DNA of 64,000 nucleotides from the human T2T-CHM13v2.0 reference genome, Homo sapiens (GCF_009914755.1 NC_060938.1); one strand, 5' to 3'; positions 24,791-41,609 are shown, counted from the stretch's first letter. Numbers and translations: made by a program. The notes: generated by a model from the sequence alone, not told the origin.

Positions 24791-27700
24791 TTAAGTTTTC
24801 TTATCCCACACATGCACACAAAAAGGTAACTATTCTGTGAGTTAATTAACATGTTCATTGACTTCGTTTTGGTAATCATTTCAGAATGTGCATATAAACG
24901 CATCACATGTACAATTTTTATTTCTCTATTACACCTCAGTAAAGCTGAAATAATTAACAGGATTGAAAGGATAAACCCACAGTTCTATAGTCACAGTTGG
25001 ACACTTCAATACCTCATTTTAATTAATGGATAGAAAAACCAGACAGAAGCTTCATGAGAAATACAAGAGTTAAACAACAGTATAAGCCACTGAGAGCTAA
25101 TACGCATATACAGCACAGTCCATCCAACAACAGCAGAATATACATTCCTTTCAAGTGTATATGGAAGTTCTCTAGGATGGGCCATATCTTCGTCCACAAA
25201 ATATATCCTAATCATTTTTAAAAGTTTGAAATCATACAAAATATAATTTACAACCACAATGGAAGAAACAAGAGATAAATAAGTGAAAACTGGAAAATTC
25301 ATGAAAATGTGGAAATTAAACAATACAGTCTTCAACTACCAGTGAGTGAAAAAAATAAATCACAAGCAAAATTATAAAATATCTTGAGATAAATTAAAAT
25401 AAAAACAAAACATACCAAAACTTATTGAATGCAGTGAAAGTAGAGTTCAAAGGAAAATGTATGGATATAAACAACTACATTCAAGAAAAATCTCAAATCA
25501 ACATCCTCACTCTATATCTAAAGGCAGTGGAAGAAGACAAAAGAAGACTAAATCCAAAGCTAGCAGTATGAAAGAAATAATAGAGAGCATAATTAGAGCA
25601 TAAATCAATAAAATAGAAGTTTGGAGAGCAGTAGAATGAATAAACATAGATTATTTGAAAGATCAAGCCTTTCACTATATTGACTGAGCAAAAGATGGAA
25701 GACTAATTATTAAAATAATAAATGAAAGCAGAGCCATTACTACCAACTTTACAGAAATACAAAAGGATTACAGGAGTATACTGTGAACAACTGTCTAACA
25801 ACAAATTAGCTGCCCTGGATGAAATGGACGAATCACTAGAAAGATACAAACTACGAAAGTGGCTCCAGAAGAAAGAGAAAATATGAATAGACCTATAACC
25901 TAGGATATTGAATTAGTAATCGAAAGCGATTAACAAAGAAACATTTATGACCATATAGCTGCATTAACTGGTGAGTCAACCTAACATTTAAAAAAGAATT
26001 AATACCATTTCTTCTCAAACTCTTCCGACATAATATATGAAGAAGGAATACTTGCTAATTCATTTTTTGATAACAGCATTATCCTTATACCAAAGCCAAA
26101 GAGAGCACAAAAAAGAGAACTACAGCACAATATCCCTTATGAATATATAAGCAAAAATCTCAGCAAAATACTAGCAATACTAGCAAAATACTAGCAGCAA
26201 TACTGTATAATCAAAGGATTGTAAACTATCACCCTGTGAGATTTATCCCCAAAATGCAAGAGTGGCTCAACATATAAAAAATCAATCAGTGTAATATACT
26301 CTAACAGTAAAATGAATAAGCACGTGATTATTTCAATTGATGCAGAGAAAACATTGATGAAATACAACACCCTTCTATAATAAAAATATTCAATAAACTA
26401 GGCATAGAAGGGATTTTCTGCAACATGACAATAGGATGTACAAAAACCCAACAGTTAATATCATGATCAATGATGAAACACTGAAAGCTGTTTTCCTAAC
26501 ATCTAGAACAAGACAAGCACGGTTCATTTGCCACTTGTATTCAACATACCACTGGCAATTTTAGCCAGAGCAATTAGGCAAGACAAAGAAATAAAAGGCA
26601 TCTAAATTAGAAATAAAAAAACAGAAGTAAAATTATATATACACATGATCTTATGTGTATAAAGCTCCAAATAAAACACAAAACCGATTATAACTAATAA
26701 AAGAGGCAGGATGCAAAACAAACATAGGCAAATGAGCTATATTTCTATATAGTTGTAAAGAACTATGAAAACATTTTAAAAATTCCATTTATAATAGCAT
26801 CAAAGAATAAGTTATTCAGGCATAAATCTAACCATGGTGGTATACACAAAACTTTGCTGAAAAAAACGAAAGAGAGTGGAAATAACTGGAAAGACATTCT
26901 GTGTTCATGGGTTGTAAGACAATATTGTTAAGATGACAATACCATCTAAAGTAATCTACAGATTCAATGCAGTACCATCAAAATCCCAAAGGCATTTCTG
27001 CAGAAAGAAAGAAACTCATTCTACAATTCATACAAAAATTCAAAGGATCTGACAGACAAAACAGTCTTGAAAAAGAATATTAGAAAACTCACATTTTTCA
27101 GTTTCACAGCCTACTACAAATCTACAGTAATCAAGAGAGTGTGGTACTGGCATAAGACTAATAGACTTTTAGACCAATAAAATAGAACAGATTTGAGATC
27201 CTACAAATTAGTGCTCACATATATGGTCAATGACTGTTCAACAAGCTGTCCAAGTCTAGTCAAGGGAGGAAAGAACAGTCTCTCCAACAGCTGGATGTCA
27301 GTGCACAAGAGAGAAGTTAGACCCCTACCTTGCAGTATACACAAAAATTAATTCTAAATTAATAAAAGACTTAAATGTAAGGACTAAAGTATGTAACTCT
27401 TAGAAGAAAACACAAGGTAAACCTTTATGACCTTTGAGTTTTAAGTGTATTTTGAAATATGACAGAAAAGCACAGATAACAAAAGAAAATACACGTAAAT
27501 TAGATTTAATCAAAATAAAAAACCTTTATGCATCAAAGGATACTATCAAGGGAGTTAAAAGACAACCCATAGTATGTGAGAAAATATGTATCTGATAAAA
27601 TCAAAGTGCGTATCTGATAAAAGCTTAATATCCCACAACTCAACATCAGAATTTCTAACATCCCAATTAAAAAATAGGCAAAGGACTTGAATAGACATTT

Positions 27701-27960
27701 CTCCGAAGAAGATACACAAATGTCTAAGACGGACAAGAAAAGATGCTAAACACCGTTATTCATTAATAAAATGCAAGACAAAACCCAAATGAGATGCCAC
27801 TTTGCATCCACTAGTAAGGCTTTCATAACAACGACACAGAAAATCAGTGTTGCTAAGGAGGTGGAGAAATTGGAGCCCTTATGAACTGGCTGCTAGGAAT
27901 AGAAAATGATGCACTTGCCGTGGAAAACAATTTGGTGGTTCCTCACAGAATCACACAGAG
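24791..27960 (+). mobile_element. Old L1M fragments (3'UTR piece, then ORF2)
   Basis: acacctcagtaaagctg 3' end followed by ~3 kb of degraded ORF2. Confidence 0.8.
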
Positions 27961-27964
27961 AAAC

Positions 27965-29007
27965 AGGCGCTGCGGGCTTCCGGGTTCTCCTGGGCTGGCG
28001 CGGTATGTCCCGGAATCGCAGGCACGCATCCCTTCCCGCCTGAGGGCCTGCCTGTCCTTGACTCCCGCCCCTCTTCTCCTCCGAAGAGAGGTCGGGGCCT
28101 CTCCAGGGGCCGTCCGCAGCCACCGGGGATGGGGCTGAGGGTCGGTTCCTGCCCCGGTGCAGCCGCCGCCGGGCAGACCGCCTGGCTTGGCCGCAGCCAC
28201 GGCGACATCCACGCCCAGGTCTGCGAGGCTGGGCGCGCCAGCCAGCTTGGGAGTTGCCTGGCGCCTGTAGCTGGGCGCCCAGGTGGTGGAGCATGGCCTG
28301 GGCGGCCTCTGGATCGCGAGTGCCCCTGGCCTGAGAGCCCGCCAGACCCTGCCCCCGCCCGGCTCCTCCTCTGCCAGAGCTCGACACATCTAGCCAAGGG
28401 CCCTCTGCAGCCACGGGGGATAGGGCTGAGGGCCGGTTCCCGCCCCCGTGCAGCTGCTGCAGGGCAGACCGCCTGGCTTGGCCGCAGCCACAGGGACATC
28501 TGGCCCTCGTTCCGAGATGTGGGAAGTGAGGGCGGACTCGGGAGTTGCCTGGAGGTTGCTGCCTGCACACAGAAGGTGGCTGCAGCTTGGGTGCCCAGGC
28601 GAGCTGGAGGTGCATGGCCTGGTCGGCCTCGGGATCGCCAGCGCGCCCAGCCTGAGGGCCCCCAGGCTGTGCCTCCCGCCCAGTCCTCCACCTGAGGGAG
28701 ATCGGGGCCGTTGGTATGGGCACTCGGCAGTCACCCGTGTGGGGTTGAGCGGCGGGTTCTCAGTTCTCGCTCCTGTGCAGCCGCCGCCGCCGGCCAGAAT
28801 GCCTGGCTTGGCCGCAGCCACTGGGACACCTGGCCCTGGTTCTGCGATGCTGGCAGCGCGAGCGGGCTCGGGGGTTGCCAGGCAGCTGCTGCTGCACACA
28901 GAGGGCGACTGCAGCTTGTGCGCCCAGTCGGCGGAGCATGGTCTGGGTGGCCACTGGAATGCGTGCGCTCGAGGCCTGAGGGACCCGCTGTTGGTGCCAC
29001 CTGCCCT
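27965..29007. repeat. GC-rich ~290-320-bp tandem repeat, block B (~3.5 units), CpG island
   Basis: Core repeated at ~28130, ~28422 and ~28741; 28341-29005 aligns with 24059-24725. Confidence 0.85.
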
Positions 29008-29780
29008 GCTCTGCGCCTCTCCGCGCCTGCGCCGGCGCCCTGCGCCCCCCTCCGCGCCTGCGCCGGCGGTCTGCGCCTCTCTGCCTTTGCGAAGGGCGCT
29101 CTGCCTTTGCGAAGGGCGCTCTCCCTTTGCGAGGGCAGAGGTGCCTTCTCGTCAGCACAGACCGGGAGAGCATCGCGAGGGCGGAGCTGAGTTCTCCTCT
29201 GCACAGACTTCGGAGATACAGCGAAGGCGGAGCAGTGTTCTCCTCAGCACAGACCCGGGCGGGCGCGCCGGGGGCACCGCGAGGGCGGAGCTGCGTTCTG
29301 CTCAGCACACACCCGGGGGACACCGCGAAGGCAGAGCAGCGTTCTCAGCACAGACCTTGGGGGCACTGCCTCGCTTTGGGACTACTCGGGACCGCATAGA
29401 CGGTGAATAAAATCCTTCCTGTTTGCAGCCCTTAATAATCAGGGTCAGAGACCAGTTAGAAGGATTCAGTGTGGAAAACGGGAAACCAAAAGCCCCTCTG
29501 AATCCTACCCACCGAGGTTCTCCCCGGCCAAGCCGAGGCGGCCGCAGTGCGAGATCCACACCGCAGCCTCGGAAGACAAATGCGGCATTCCTAATGCAGA
29601 CATGACACCCAAAGTATGACACCCCCATTGCTCATGTAACAAGCACCTGTAATGCTAATGCACTGCCTCAATACAAAAATATTAATATAAGATCCGCAAT
29701 CGCCTCGCTGCCGTGCAGTCCAAAGACAGCGATCATAATAATCAACATTGACATAGTCAATACAAACGTAGTAACGAACC
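29008..29780 (+). repeat. TAR1 telomere-associated repeat (29-bp-type and 37-bp-type units plus telomere-adjacent spacer)
   Basis: gcgcctctccgcgcctgcgccggcg units; gagggcggagctgcgttctcctcagcacagac units; spacer gtgaataaaatccttcctgtttgcagccc...gcagcctcggaagacaaatgc typical of human subtelomeres. Confidence 0.9.
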
Positions 29781-30045
29781 TAGGGTTAAGGTTGGTGTTA
29801 GGGTTAGGGGTTAGGGGTTAAGTTTAGGGTTAGGGGTTGGAGATAGGGATTGGGGTCAGAGTTAGGGGTTAGGAGTCAACGTTTAGAGTTAGGGTTTAAG
29901 AGATGTTAGGGATTAGGGGTTAGGGTTGGGTTAGGGTGAGGGTTGGGGTTAGGGGTTAGGGTTGGGGATAGCGGTTAGGGTTTGGGTCAGGAGTTAGGGG
30001 TCAGGGTTAGGGGTCAGGGTCAGGGGTTAGGGTCAGGGTCAGGGG

Positions 30046-30046
<1 letters not shown>
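29780..30046 (+). repeat. Degenerate interstitial telomeric repeat (TTAGGG/TTAGGGG/TCAGGG/TTGGGG)
   Basis: Directly visible ~270-bp array of variant telomere repeats. Confidence 0.97.
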
Positions 30047-34018
<3,972 letters not shown>

Positions 34019-34019
34019 A

Positions 34020-34851
34020 GGCCCCACCACTGGGGCCGCTACACGTGACATGGGATGTGGGCCATCGGGCAAAGGGTGCGGAGATGGGGCGCTGCCAGGG
34101 GAGCCAAGGAGGAAAGAGAGCGCTTTCCAAATTGTCTTCCAGGGTTTCAATGTGCATTTTATTAACTCAGAATCTGTCGGGAATAATACTAGGGCGCTAC
34201 CTTTCCCTGGAGATAGGTCTTGTCAGTGGAGTGAGATAGGCTGGGGGGAGGAAGAGGAATGAGAGGCTCAGTTTATAAATATTAAGATCAGCAAGGGTGT
34301 GCTGCTGGCAGGAGCAGAGGGAGCCTAGAGATTTGGGTGGCTGCCGTTGGTAAGTGGTTGCAATCCAGAGAGTGGGATTGAGTTCCTCCCTTGTCATGTT
34401 AGCATCCCGTTTCCTGGGCGCGGGTCTAATGCCCTGCAGGTGGTCATTTCACTCATGGTGGCTTTGTCTCTCTTCTGCCATCTCTAGACTCAGCTTCACA
34501 CTCCAGGGCTGTGTACCACCAGTCACTGTCATGTTAACCCCTTCCCAGGCCAGTGTGTCCTTGGCCTGGAGCCCAATCTGCTGGACAGCCTGGGACCGTC
34601 CATTTTCGGGGTGGTGGGCAACCTGGTGGCCATCGTGGTGCTGTGCAAGTCGCGCAAGGAGCAGGAGACCACCTTCTACACAGTTATGCGGCTGACTGCC
34701 ACCGACCTGTTGTTCACTTTGCTGGTGAGCCAGGTGACCATCGCCATGTACACGAAGGGCGGGTAACCTGGGGGCCAGCTGCTGTGTGAGTACAGCATCT
34801 TCAGCCTGTTCTTCTTCAGTCAGTCCGGCCTCAGCATCGTCTGTGCCGTGA
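34020..34851 (+). pseudogene. PTGER4P: Prostaglandin E receptor 4 (EP4) unprocessed pseudogene fragment: intron 1 + 5' part of first coding exon (TM1-TM3)
   Basis: ATG at 34531; IFGVVGNLVAIVVLCKSRKEQETTFYT...TDLL...PGGQLLCEYS...SGLSIVCA match to PTGER4; indels and TAA at 34764; polypyrimidine+AG acceptor at 34486-34487. Confidence 0.92.
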
Positions 34852-35164
34852 TACCTATACAGGTAATTTGTGTTAGACATTCTTAGAAGAGTTTCAAAAG
34901 TTTTATGTTTTTATCTGGGTTATAAACAGAGTCCTCAAATGCACACAAAGGAAATCATGCCATGATTGAATTTCAGCAGGAATAAGTTTATTTTACCTAT
35001 TCAAAATTAAAATACTTTTGTTGTGTTTGAAAATGTGTTTTAAAGATATGTTTTTGAAAAAAGTTTAAGTAAATATTTAATCATGTCCCCTTTTCTATCC
35101 CAAGAAATAATTTCATATATAGTTTATTTAAATTTTTTAACAAAAATGTAGCATAATTTTTTTA

Positions 35165-35380
35165 AATTGTATATTTTATTTAACCCAATATATATCCAAA
35201 ATATTGGGTCAATATGTAATCAATATAAAAATTATTAGAGATAGTTTGCGTTCTTTTTTCATATGAAATCTTTGAAATCCATTGTGTATTTTAAATTTTA
35301 GGATGTCTCAACTCAAATGTGAAATTTTCATGGAGAATATTTGAACTGTATTTAGATTAATACAAATTGCAGTTAAAAAG
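35165..35380. mobile_element. MER33-like hAT-Charlie DNA transposon fragment
   Basis: ttttatttaacccaatatatatccaaaatatt...gtaatcaatataaaaattatt motif. Confidence 0.65.
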
Positions 35381-35389
35381 TTTAATATA

Positions 35390-36298
35390 GATTTACCAGG
35401 GGGCGTGCAGCCCGCTTGCCAATCAGATCGCTGCTGAGCGGTCCCGCAGCCAACCCCCGAAGAGCAGCCTGCTGGCTTCCCCAGCGCCCAGGAGTTGGGG
35501 ATGTCCTACAAACCTACCACACCTGCCCCCAGCAGCACCCCCGGCTCCAGCACCCCTGGGCCAGGCACTCTGGTCCCTACAGGAAGCGTCCCGTCACCGT
35601 CGGGCTCAGGGCCGGGAGCCACTGCCCCTTTCAGACCGCTGTTTAAAGACTTTGGACCGCCTACCATCGGTTGTGTGCAGGCCATGAAACCACCTGGTGC
35701 CCAGGGCTCCCAGAGCACCTACACGGAACTGCTGTTGGTCACAGGGGAGATGGGCAAAGTGATCCGGCCCACCTATGCTGGCAGCAAGAGCGCTGCGGAG
35801 CGCCTGAAGAGAGGTATCATCCATCCCTAGTCAGAGTGCCTGGTAGAGACAGAGCGGAACGCCCACACTTAACAGGAAGTTCCTAGGCCTCTGTGTCTGG
35901 ACTCCAGAGCACCTGCTTCTCCCTGGCCTTCATCCCTAGTTGCACTAGCCATCCTGGGCTTCCTATCCTGTGTCCCTTGATGGGTGCCCTCCAGGAACCA
36001 AGGGGCGGTTCTCACTCCAGGTGGCAGCACTAAGGACCCCCCTCCCCACCCCACCCCGCCAACGCAACAAGAGTTAGCAACGAGGTCCCCGTGAGTCCCA
36101 CCCATGACCTGCCGACAGTGTTGCCCACTGGAACTTTCTGTGGCCCCCACCACTCAGCCCTTCCCAGCACTTGTCCGGAGCCTCCTTGTCCCTCAGCACA
36201 GCTCAGGCCTCAGGCCTGACACTTCCCTGCCTTGTGTCTTTTGCTAAATATGACCTTTCTATATTAATAAAAGATGCTTTGGAGTTGTGCTCTCTAAA
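35390..36298 (+). pseudogene. CDK2AP2P: CDK2AP2 (DOC-1R) processed pseudogene
   Basis: Intronless [17 protein letters not shown]...[21 protein letters not shown] (ATG 35501); AATAAA 36266-36271; A-tail; 15-bp TSD aaaaagtttaatata (35375-35389 / 36299-36313). Confidence 0.97.
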
Positions 36299-36439
36299 AA
36301 AAAGTTTAATATAAAGGAGAAATAAAAGGAAATTTAGCAAAGAAATATGTAGATGAATATTTAAATACTCAGAGGTGACATTACTACCAGACATAATGAG
36401 ATTATCAGATGTTTCATTTACTTATGATTAATATGTTTG

Positions 36440-36595
36440 TATTTATTTTTTATTCATTTTATTTTATGTATTTATTTATTTTTATTATACTTTAAGTTCT
36501 AGGGTACATGTGCACAACGTGCAGGTTTGTTACATATGTATACATGTGCTGTGTTGGTTTGCTGCACCCATTAACTTGTCATTTACATTAGGTAT
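36440..36595 (-). mobile_element. Very short L1PA 3' end
   Basis: ttattatactttaagttctagggtacatgtgcacaacgtgcagg. Confidence 0.9.
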
Positions 36596-37439
36596 TTATT
36601 TTAAGGCTGTTAAAGCTGTAGTCAATTTTCTCACTTTGATCTTCCAAAGGAACCTGCTGTATCTTTTTCATTCTGTGCAAAATAGGCATTTTAGGATCCA
36701 CTCAATGCTAAAGTCATTGAGTAGCTACAGACTTGCTATTTGTTTCTCCATTGTTATATTTTCATAGTTTTAGAATCTGAGCAGCATTTAATTTGTCTAT
36801 GCTTTATATTTTCCTTTAGAGAAAGAACACAGTGATACTTGCTCATAGTGTTAGAGGAATAATCCCAAAGAGAGAAATTATTCTTCGAATATCCACCATG
36901 ACTGAATACTTAGCAATACTGAAACCTACTTATAAAACAAAACAGAAAACCTCCAAAAAACCAAATAAACAACAACAAAACTTAAAACCAAAAAAGTACT
37001 GGAAGTCTCAGAAGTATTTAGCAGTTATTCTTGCTCCTTCAAATGAAAAGATGCTTTATCGTATCCTCTATGGAGAGAATTCTGACTATTTATCAAAGAC
37101 CTTACATTTATTCACCTTTTGCCCTAACAATTTCATAACTTAAAAATACATACAACAATTTACAATATAGCATTTTTTGTAAAGGGAAATAATCAGAAAG
37201 AATCTAAGTGTTCAACAATAGGGCACTTGTTGAATTATGATACAATCACTCAATAAGGTCTTCATAGAGCCCATTAAAATGATGTTATTGATATCTATTT
37301 ATTAATAGGAGAAATCATTTAGAATTTTTGGTTAAGACCTTTAACTAAGCACAAAGTCTATGAAATAATGTGCACAACATTCCATATTTTCATAAGGGGA
37401 ATGACTTTTAAAACTACCCTGCAATCGTCTCATTTTACA

Positions 37440-37605
37440 CAAATGTCTAGGCAGGTTTGTTACCCGGGTATATTGTGCCATGCTGAGGTTTGGGGTATGA
37501 CTGATCTCATCATGCAGATATGAAGCTTAGTACCCTGTAGTTTTTCAACCCTGGCTGCCCTCTCTACTGCCTCTACTAGTCTCCATTGTCTATTACAGTC
37601 ATCTT
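37440..37605 (-). mobile_element. Old L1PA/L1PB 3'UTR fragment
   Basis: gcaggtttgttac...gctgaggtttggggtatga motif. Confidence 0.65.
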
Positions 37606-38390
37606 TTCTTTTTTTTAAAAAAAATCTGTTTTTCTGATTTTTTTATTAGGTAAAAAATGGAAAAACAAAATATAATTTTCATTCAATACATATTTCATCC
37701 TTATGCGTTATTTTTTCAGAAAGTGAAGTCCATTTAGAATGATAGCAGTGCATCAACCAAATAATTCATCTTCACATAGTTTCAATAACTCCAGAAATTT
37801 TCTTCATCTCTCTCTCTGTAGAAATTCTCAAACTGTGGAATGGTCATCTTTATCGTCATAAATACTGTCATCTTTATGTCCAAGAGCATCCAACATTTAG
37901 GTACCAAACTACTACCCAAATCTGATTAATTGATCATGTTGATTCTGTCACATTCTACTTGTCATATCAGATTTTTATTAAAGAAATCATTAGCTTATCT
38001 ATTATTGTTACTGGGGCTGTAAGAAAATTTTATAATTCATTTGGATCAATCCTCTTCTTTATGGTCTTATTTGAGAATAAAACTTGGTTCTGTCTTAGCC
38101 TGTCATTTAATAAGCCAGTGACCTGGGGCAAATCTAACTGCTTCATCTGTAAACTATGAATAATAATAGAGTCCCTCTGCCTGTCACACATGGGTATAGT
38201 AAGGTTCCATTTTAAAAATGGCTCTTATTATGTTACCTGAAAGGCATTCTATAATGATGAGTGGCAAGGTGGTCTTAGCAACAGTGCAGTGAAAATTGGG
38301 ACCATTTTCTGTCGCTATCATTTCTATTTTTGTGATACCCTCTTTAAATTAGTCTTAGGATGTAATGCAAAGGAGTGATGTAATTGGAAT

Positions 38391-38694
38391 TTTCTTCTTT
38401 TTTTTTTTTTTTTGAGACAGAGTTTCCCTCTGTCGCCCAGGTTGGAGTGCAGTGGTGCAATCTGGGCGCACCGCAAGCTCCGCCTCCTGGGTTCACGCCG
38501 TTCTCCTGCCTCAGCCTTGTGAGTAGCTGAGACTACAGGCGCCCGCCACCGCACCTGGCTAATTTTTTGTATGTTTGGTTGAGACGGGGTTTCACCATGT
38601 TACCCAGGATGGCCTCGATCTCCTGACCTCGTGATCCGCCCATCTCGGCCTCCCAAAGTGCCGGGATTACAGGCGTGAACCACCGCGACCGGCC
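38391..38694 (-). mobile_element. AluY/Sc-like
   Basis: Full antisense Alu; flanking direct repeat taattggaa. Confidence 0.95.
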
Positions 38695-39339
38695 CATAAT
38701 TGGAAATTTTTGTACTGTTAGATCTAAGAGTATTTTATGTGGTATAATAAAAGATTAATTTAGTGAACCTCATTAGATAATTAGCATGGAATATATTATG
38801 CACTGCCATGCAGGGGCCTAAGAGAATGGTCCACACGTCTTGCGAAGTTGATATGAAGACAGGCAACAAGACAGTCTAGCTGAGTAAAAGTCTGTAGACA
38901 TCTCTAAGGAGGAGTGGTTAGAGAATGCCCTGACTGTGGATAGCTGGCATATTTTACCCCAGAAAGAAGAGCACAGAGTGGCAGAGAGTACTTGAGATTT
39001 AAATAAGAAAAGAGGATAAAAAAATTACTTTCACTAATTATAAATTTTCTCAAGAATGGACTTATTCTCTATTTTCTATTGCCTCTTGAGAAATCATTAT
39101 TTTTCATTCAGCCAACATAATTATTAAGACTAATTGTGGATGGTATTCAAAATGGAAAAACAGCTGTCCCTAGGATTATATTTTATTTATGAATGATCAC
39201 TCATTTGTAACTTTTCCTTCAGTTAGATGTTTTTTAATACAAAAATACCTTTTTAGCACCAGTACAATTTGTGAAACGAAATGTGAAATTCAGGCATATA
39301 TGTAATTTTATGTGTAAAATATTCCATTTTTTTCTGTTA

Positions 39340-39592
39340 ATGAAGTAAGTATGTTTAACATGAGATATATCCTCTTAATAAATGTTTAACTGTGCAATAC
39401 AATCTTGTTAACTATAGGTGCTCTGTTGACAGCAGACCTCTAGAACTTATTCATCTGTTATAACTGAATTTTATACCCATTGAACATCAACCTCCATTTC
39501 CCCTCCTTCCAGACCCTGGCAACCAGTATTCTACTCTATTTCTGGGAGTTTAACTATTGTAGATATCTTACGTAAGTGGAATCAGGCAGTAT
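39340..39592 (-). mobile_element. L1MA/MB 3'UTR fragment
   Basis: gcagacctctagaacttattcatct...ccctggcaacca...gtaagtggaatca. Confidence 0.75.
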
Positions 39593-40477
39593 TAAAACAT
39601 ACTTTCAATTAGTAATGACTATAATTCGGATAATTTAAATAAGAGAAAGCAAATATCACTACTACTAGCTTTTGGGGGAAAATATTACAAATAGGGATAT
39701 TGTGATAAAAGTGTACAATATTTTTTACATTTGTGCACTTAGATCCGTGTTCAAACTTTGCCACCTATACATGTATAGCACATTTAAATATGTGCTACAG
39801 TATGCCATTTATAAAGACTGAAAATAACATTTTATAAAACATTATTATTTATTTAGCAACCTCATGAGCTTTGGCTTCAAAAATACCTGATTTACAAAGC
39901 ATAATCCTAGTGCTGGAGAACAGATCAGTGGCTGCCAAAGGTTAGGGTTGGTTGGAAGATGTGATTAGTGAGGGATAACGTGAAAACATGTACTTTCTTT
40001 GTGGTGATAGAGCAGTTCTGCATCCAGATTATGGTGATGGTTACATAAATCCACACTTCATAGACCTATACACACACATCACACATACACTCACACACAC
40101 CTACACAAGAGTACATGTAAAATCCTTGGAAATATGAATAGGGTCTGAACTGGAGTTAATGGTATGGAAACAATGTCAATTTCCTGATTTGGCAAAGTAC
40201 TAGGTTAAGTTAGATATAATTACTGGGGAAAGTTGACTGAAAATAAGACAGTCATTCTTTTTACTATTTTTTAACTTCTTGTGAGTAAAATTATTTAAAA
40301 ATAATTGGTATTAAAGACAAAAAATCTAAAATTTCTAAAATCAAAGCCCTTATGAATTTAAACATATTATTTGATTTATTTTGTAGACCTTGATTTCTTC
40401 ACCTGTAAAAATGGAATGATAGTAGAATTTCTATCTCATTATTGTCATGCTTAAACCATACCATTTATGTAAGTGCC
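39564..40477 (+). repeat. Inverted duplication, left arm
   Basis: Reverse complement of 41767-42702 over ~0.9 kb. Confidence 0.95.
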
Positions 40478-41587
40478 CAGTACTGTGTCTGGTGAACAAT
40501 AATGCTTAAACACTGAGTTCCCCACTTTTTTATGGCTGTTGGTTTACAGGTGGTTTTTAAGTTCCTAAGTGGAAGTTTGTTTAAAAAGAGGCAGTCAAAA
40601 TAAACAGCAATGTCTCAGAGCATCATCTGAACAAGAAAGGAAGGTGTTCTCCATCCCTTGAAATGGTCTCAGTCCTCTTTTATTGTTTAGCTCTCATGTG
40701 AGTCTTCACAAATAACCTCAAGAATTGCTACATCACCAACAGAGAATTAACTCTCATTGAGTTTTTAGCTCAGTAGATTCTGGGTCCTAAAATTTATGGA
40801 CTCACCTGCTTTTTAAATTTTTCCCATTTAGAAATATTCAATTTAAATCTTCCTTCAGTAAGTAATTGTTAACTATTAACAATCCTAACATTATAATAAA
40901 GTCAGAAGTAACATTTATTACTTTTGTTTTCCACTCATACTGCTTGCAGTCCATAAGCATACAGCATTTTTGTCTTTCCAAATATCTAAAGGAAGATAAT
41001 CAAAATCAAAACTAAGAAATCCTTCTCTGAAGTCATATCTCTCTAACTAGATTGTATATTTATTGAGGGTGATGACTATATTTTCTTTTCCAGGAGAACA
41101 AAACAAATACAAGGTTGGGATGAATTGAATTTAGTGGGGGATGGAGAGGGGAAGGAGTCAAGTTTCTTCATCCTTTTCCATGCTTTGATAACTTTATCTG
41201 TGAGATCCTAGTTAAAAGAACATGACTATCTAAAGAAGTAAGTGCTTGAAAGGCCCACTGTATTAGGAGATCAGGAATTGTTAGCTTGAAAAGACATAAA
41301 TGGAAAGAAAACATAATACAGAGACAAAATACATGAAATTTGTATCGTGGTACACATGTGCTTTGTGATCATATTTCTGTGTCATAAACAAAAAAAAGTA
41401 TAAAGCTTAACCAAGAGAAATTTAGGGCACATAGAAGCATTTACATGTTTTCATACTATGAGCTGGGGCTAAGGTGTCCTTTACCATGACAGTTGGTGAA
41501 GCATAAGAACAAATCAATTCACAAATGTTCTGGTAAATTCCAATTTCCGCATCTTAAATCATAGACCTAAGTCAGTCAAAGTCAGTC

Positions 41588-41609
41588 ATATATATAGATA
41601 TATGTGTGG

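Noticed and set aside
29085-29360. Repeat-spacer pattern resembling a CRISPR array
   Set aside because: These are TAR1 37-bp-type tandem units in eukaryotic DNA, with no unique spacers or cas genes.
23897-29628. Many long overlapping ORFs (up to 320 aa) on both strands
   Set aside because: Expected stop-codon scarcity in GC-rich tandem repeats and TAR1; no recognisable domain.
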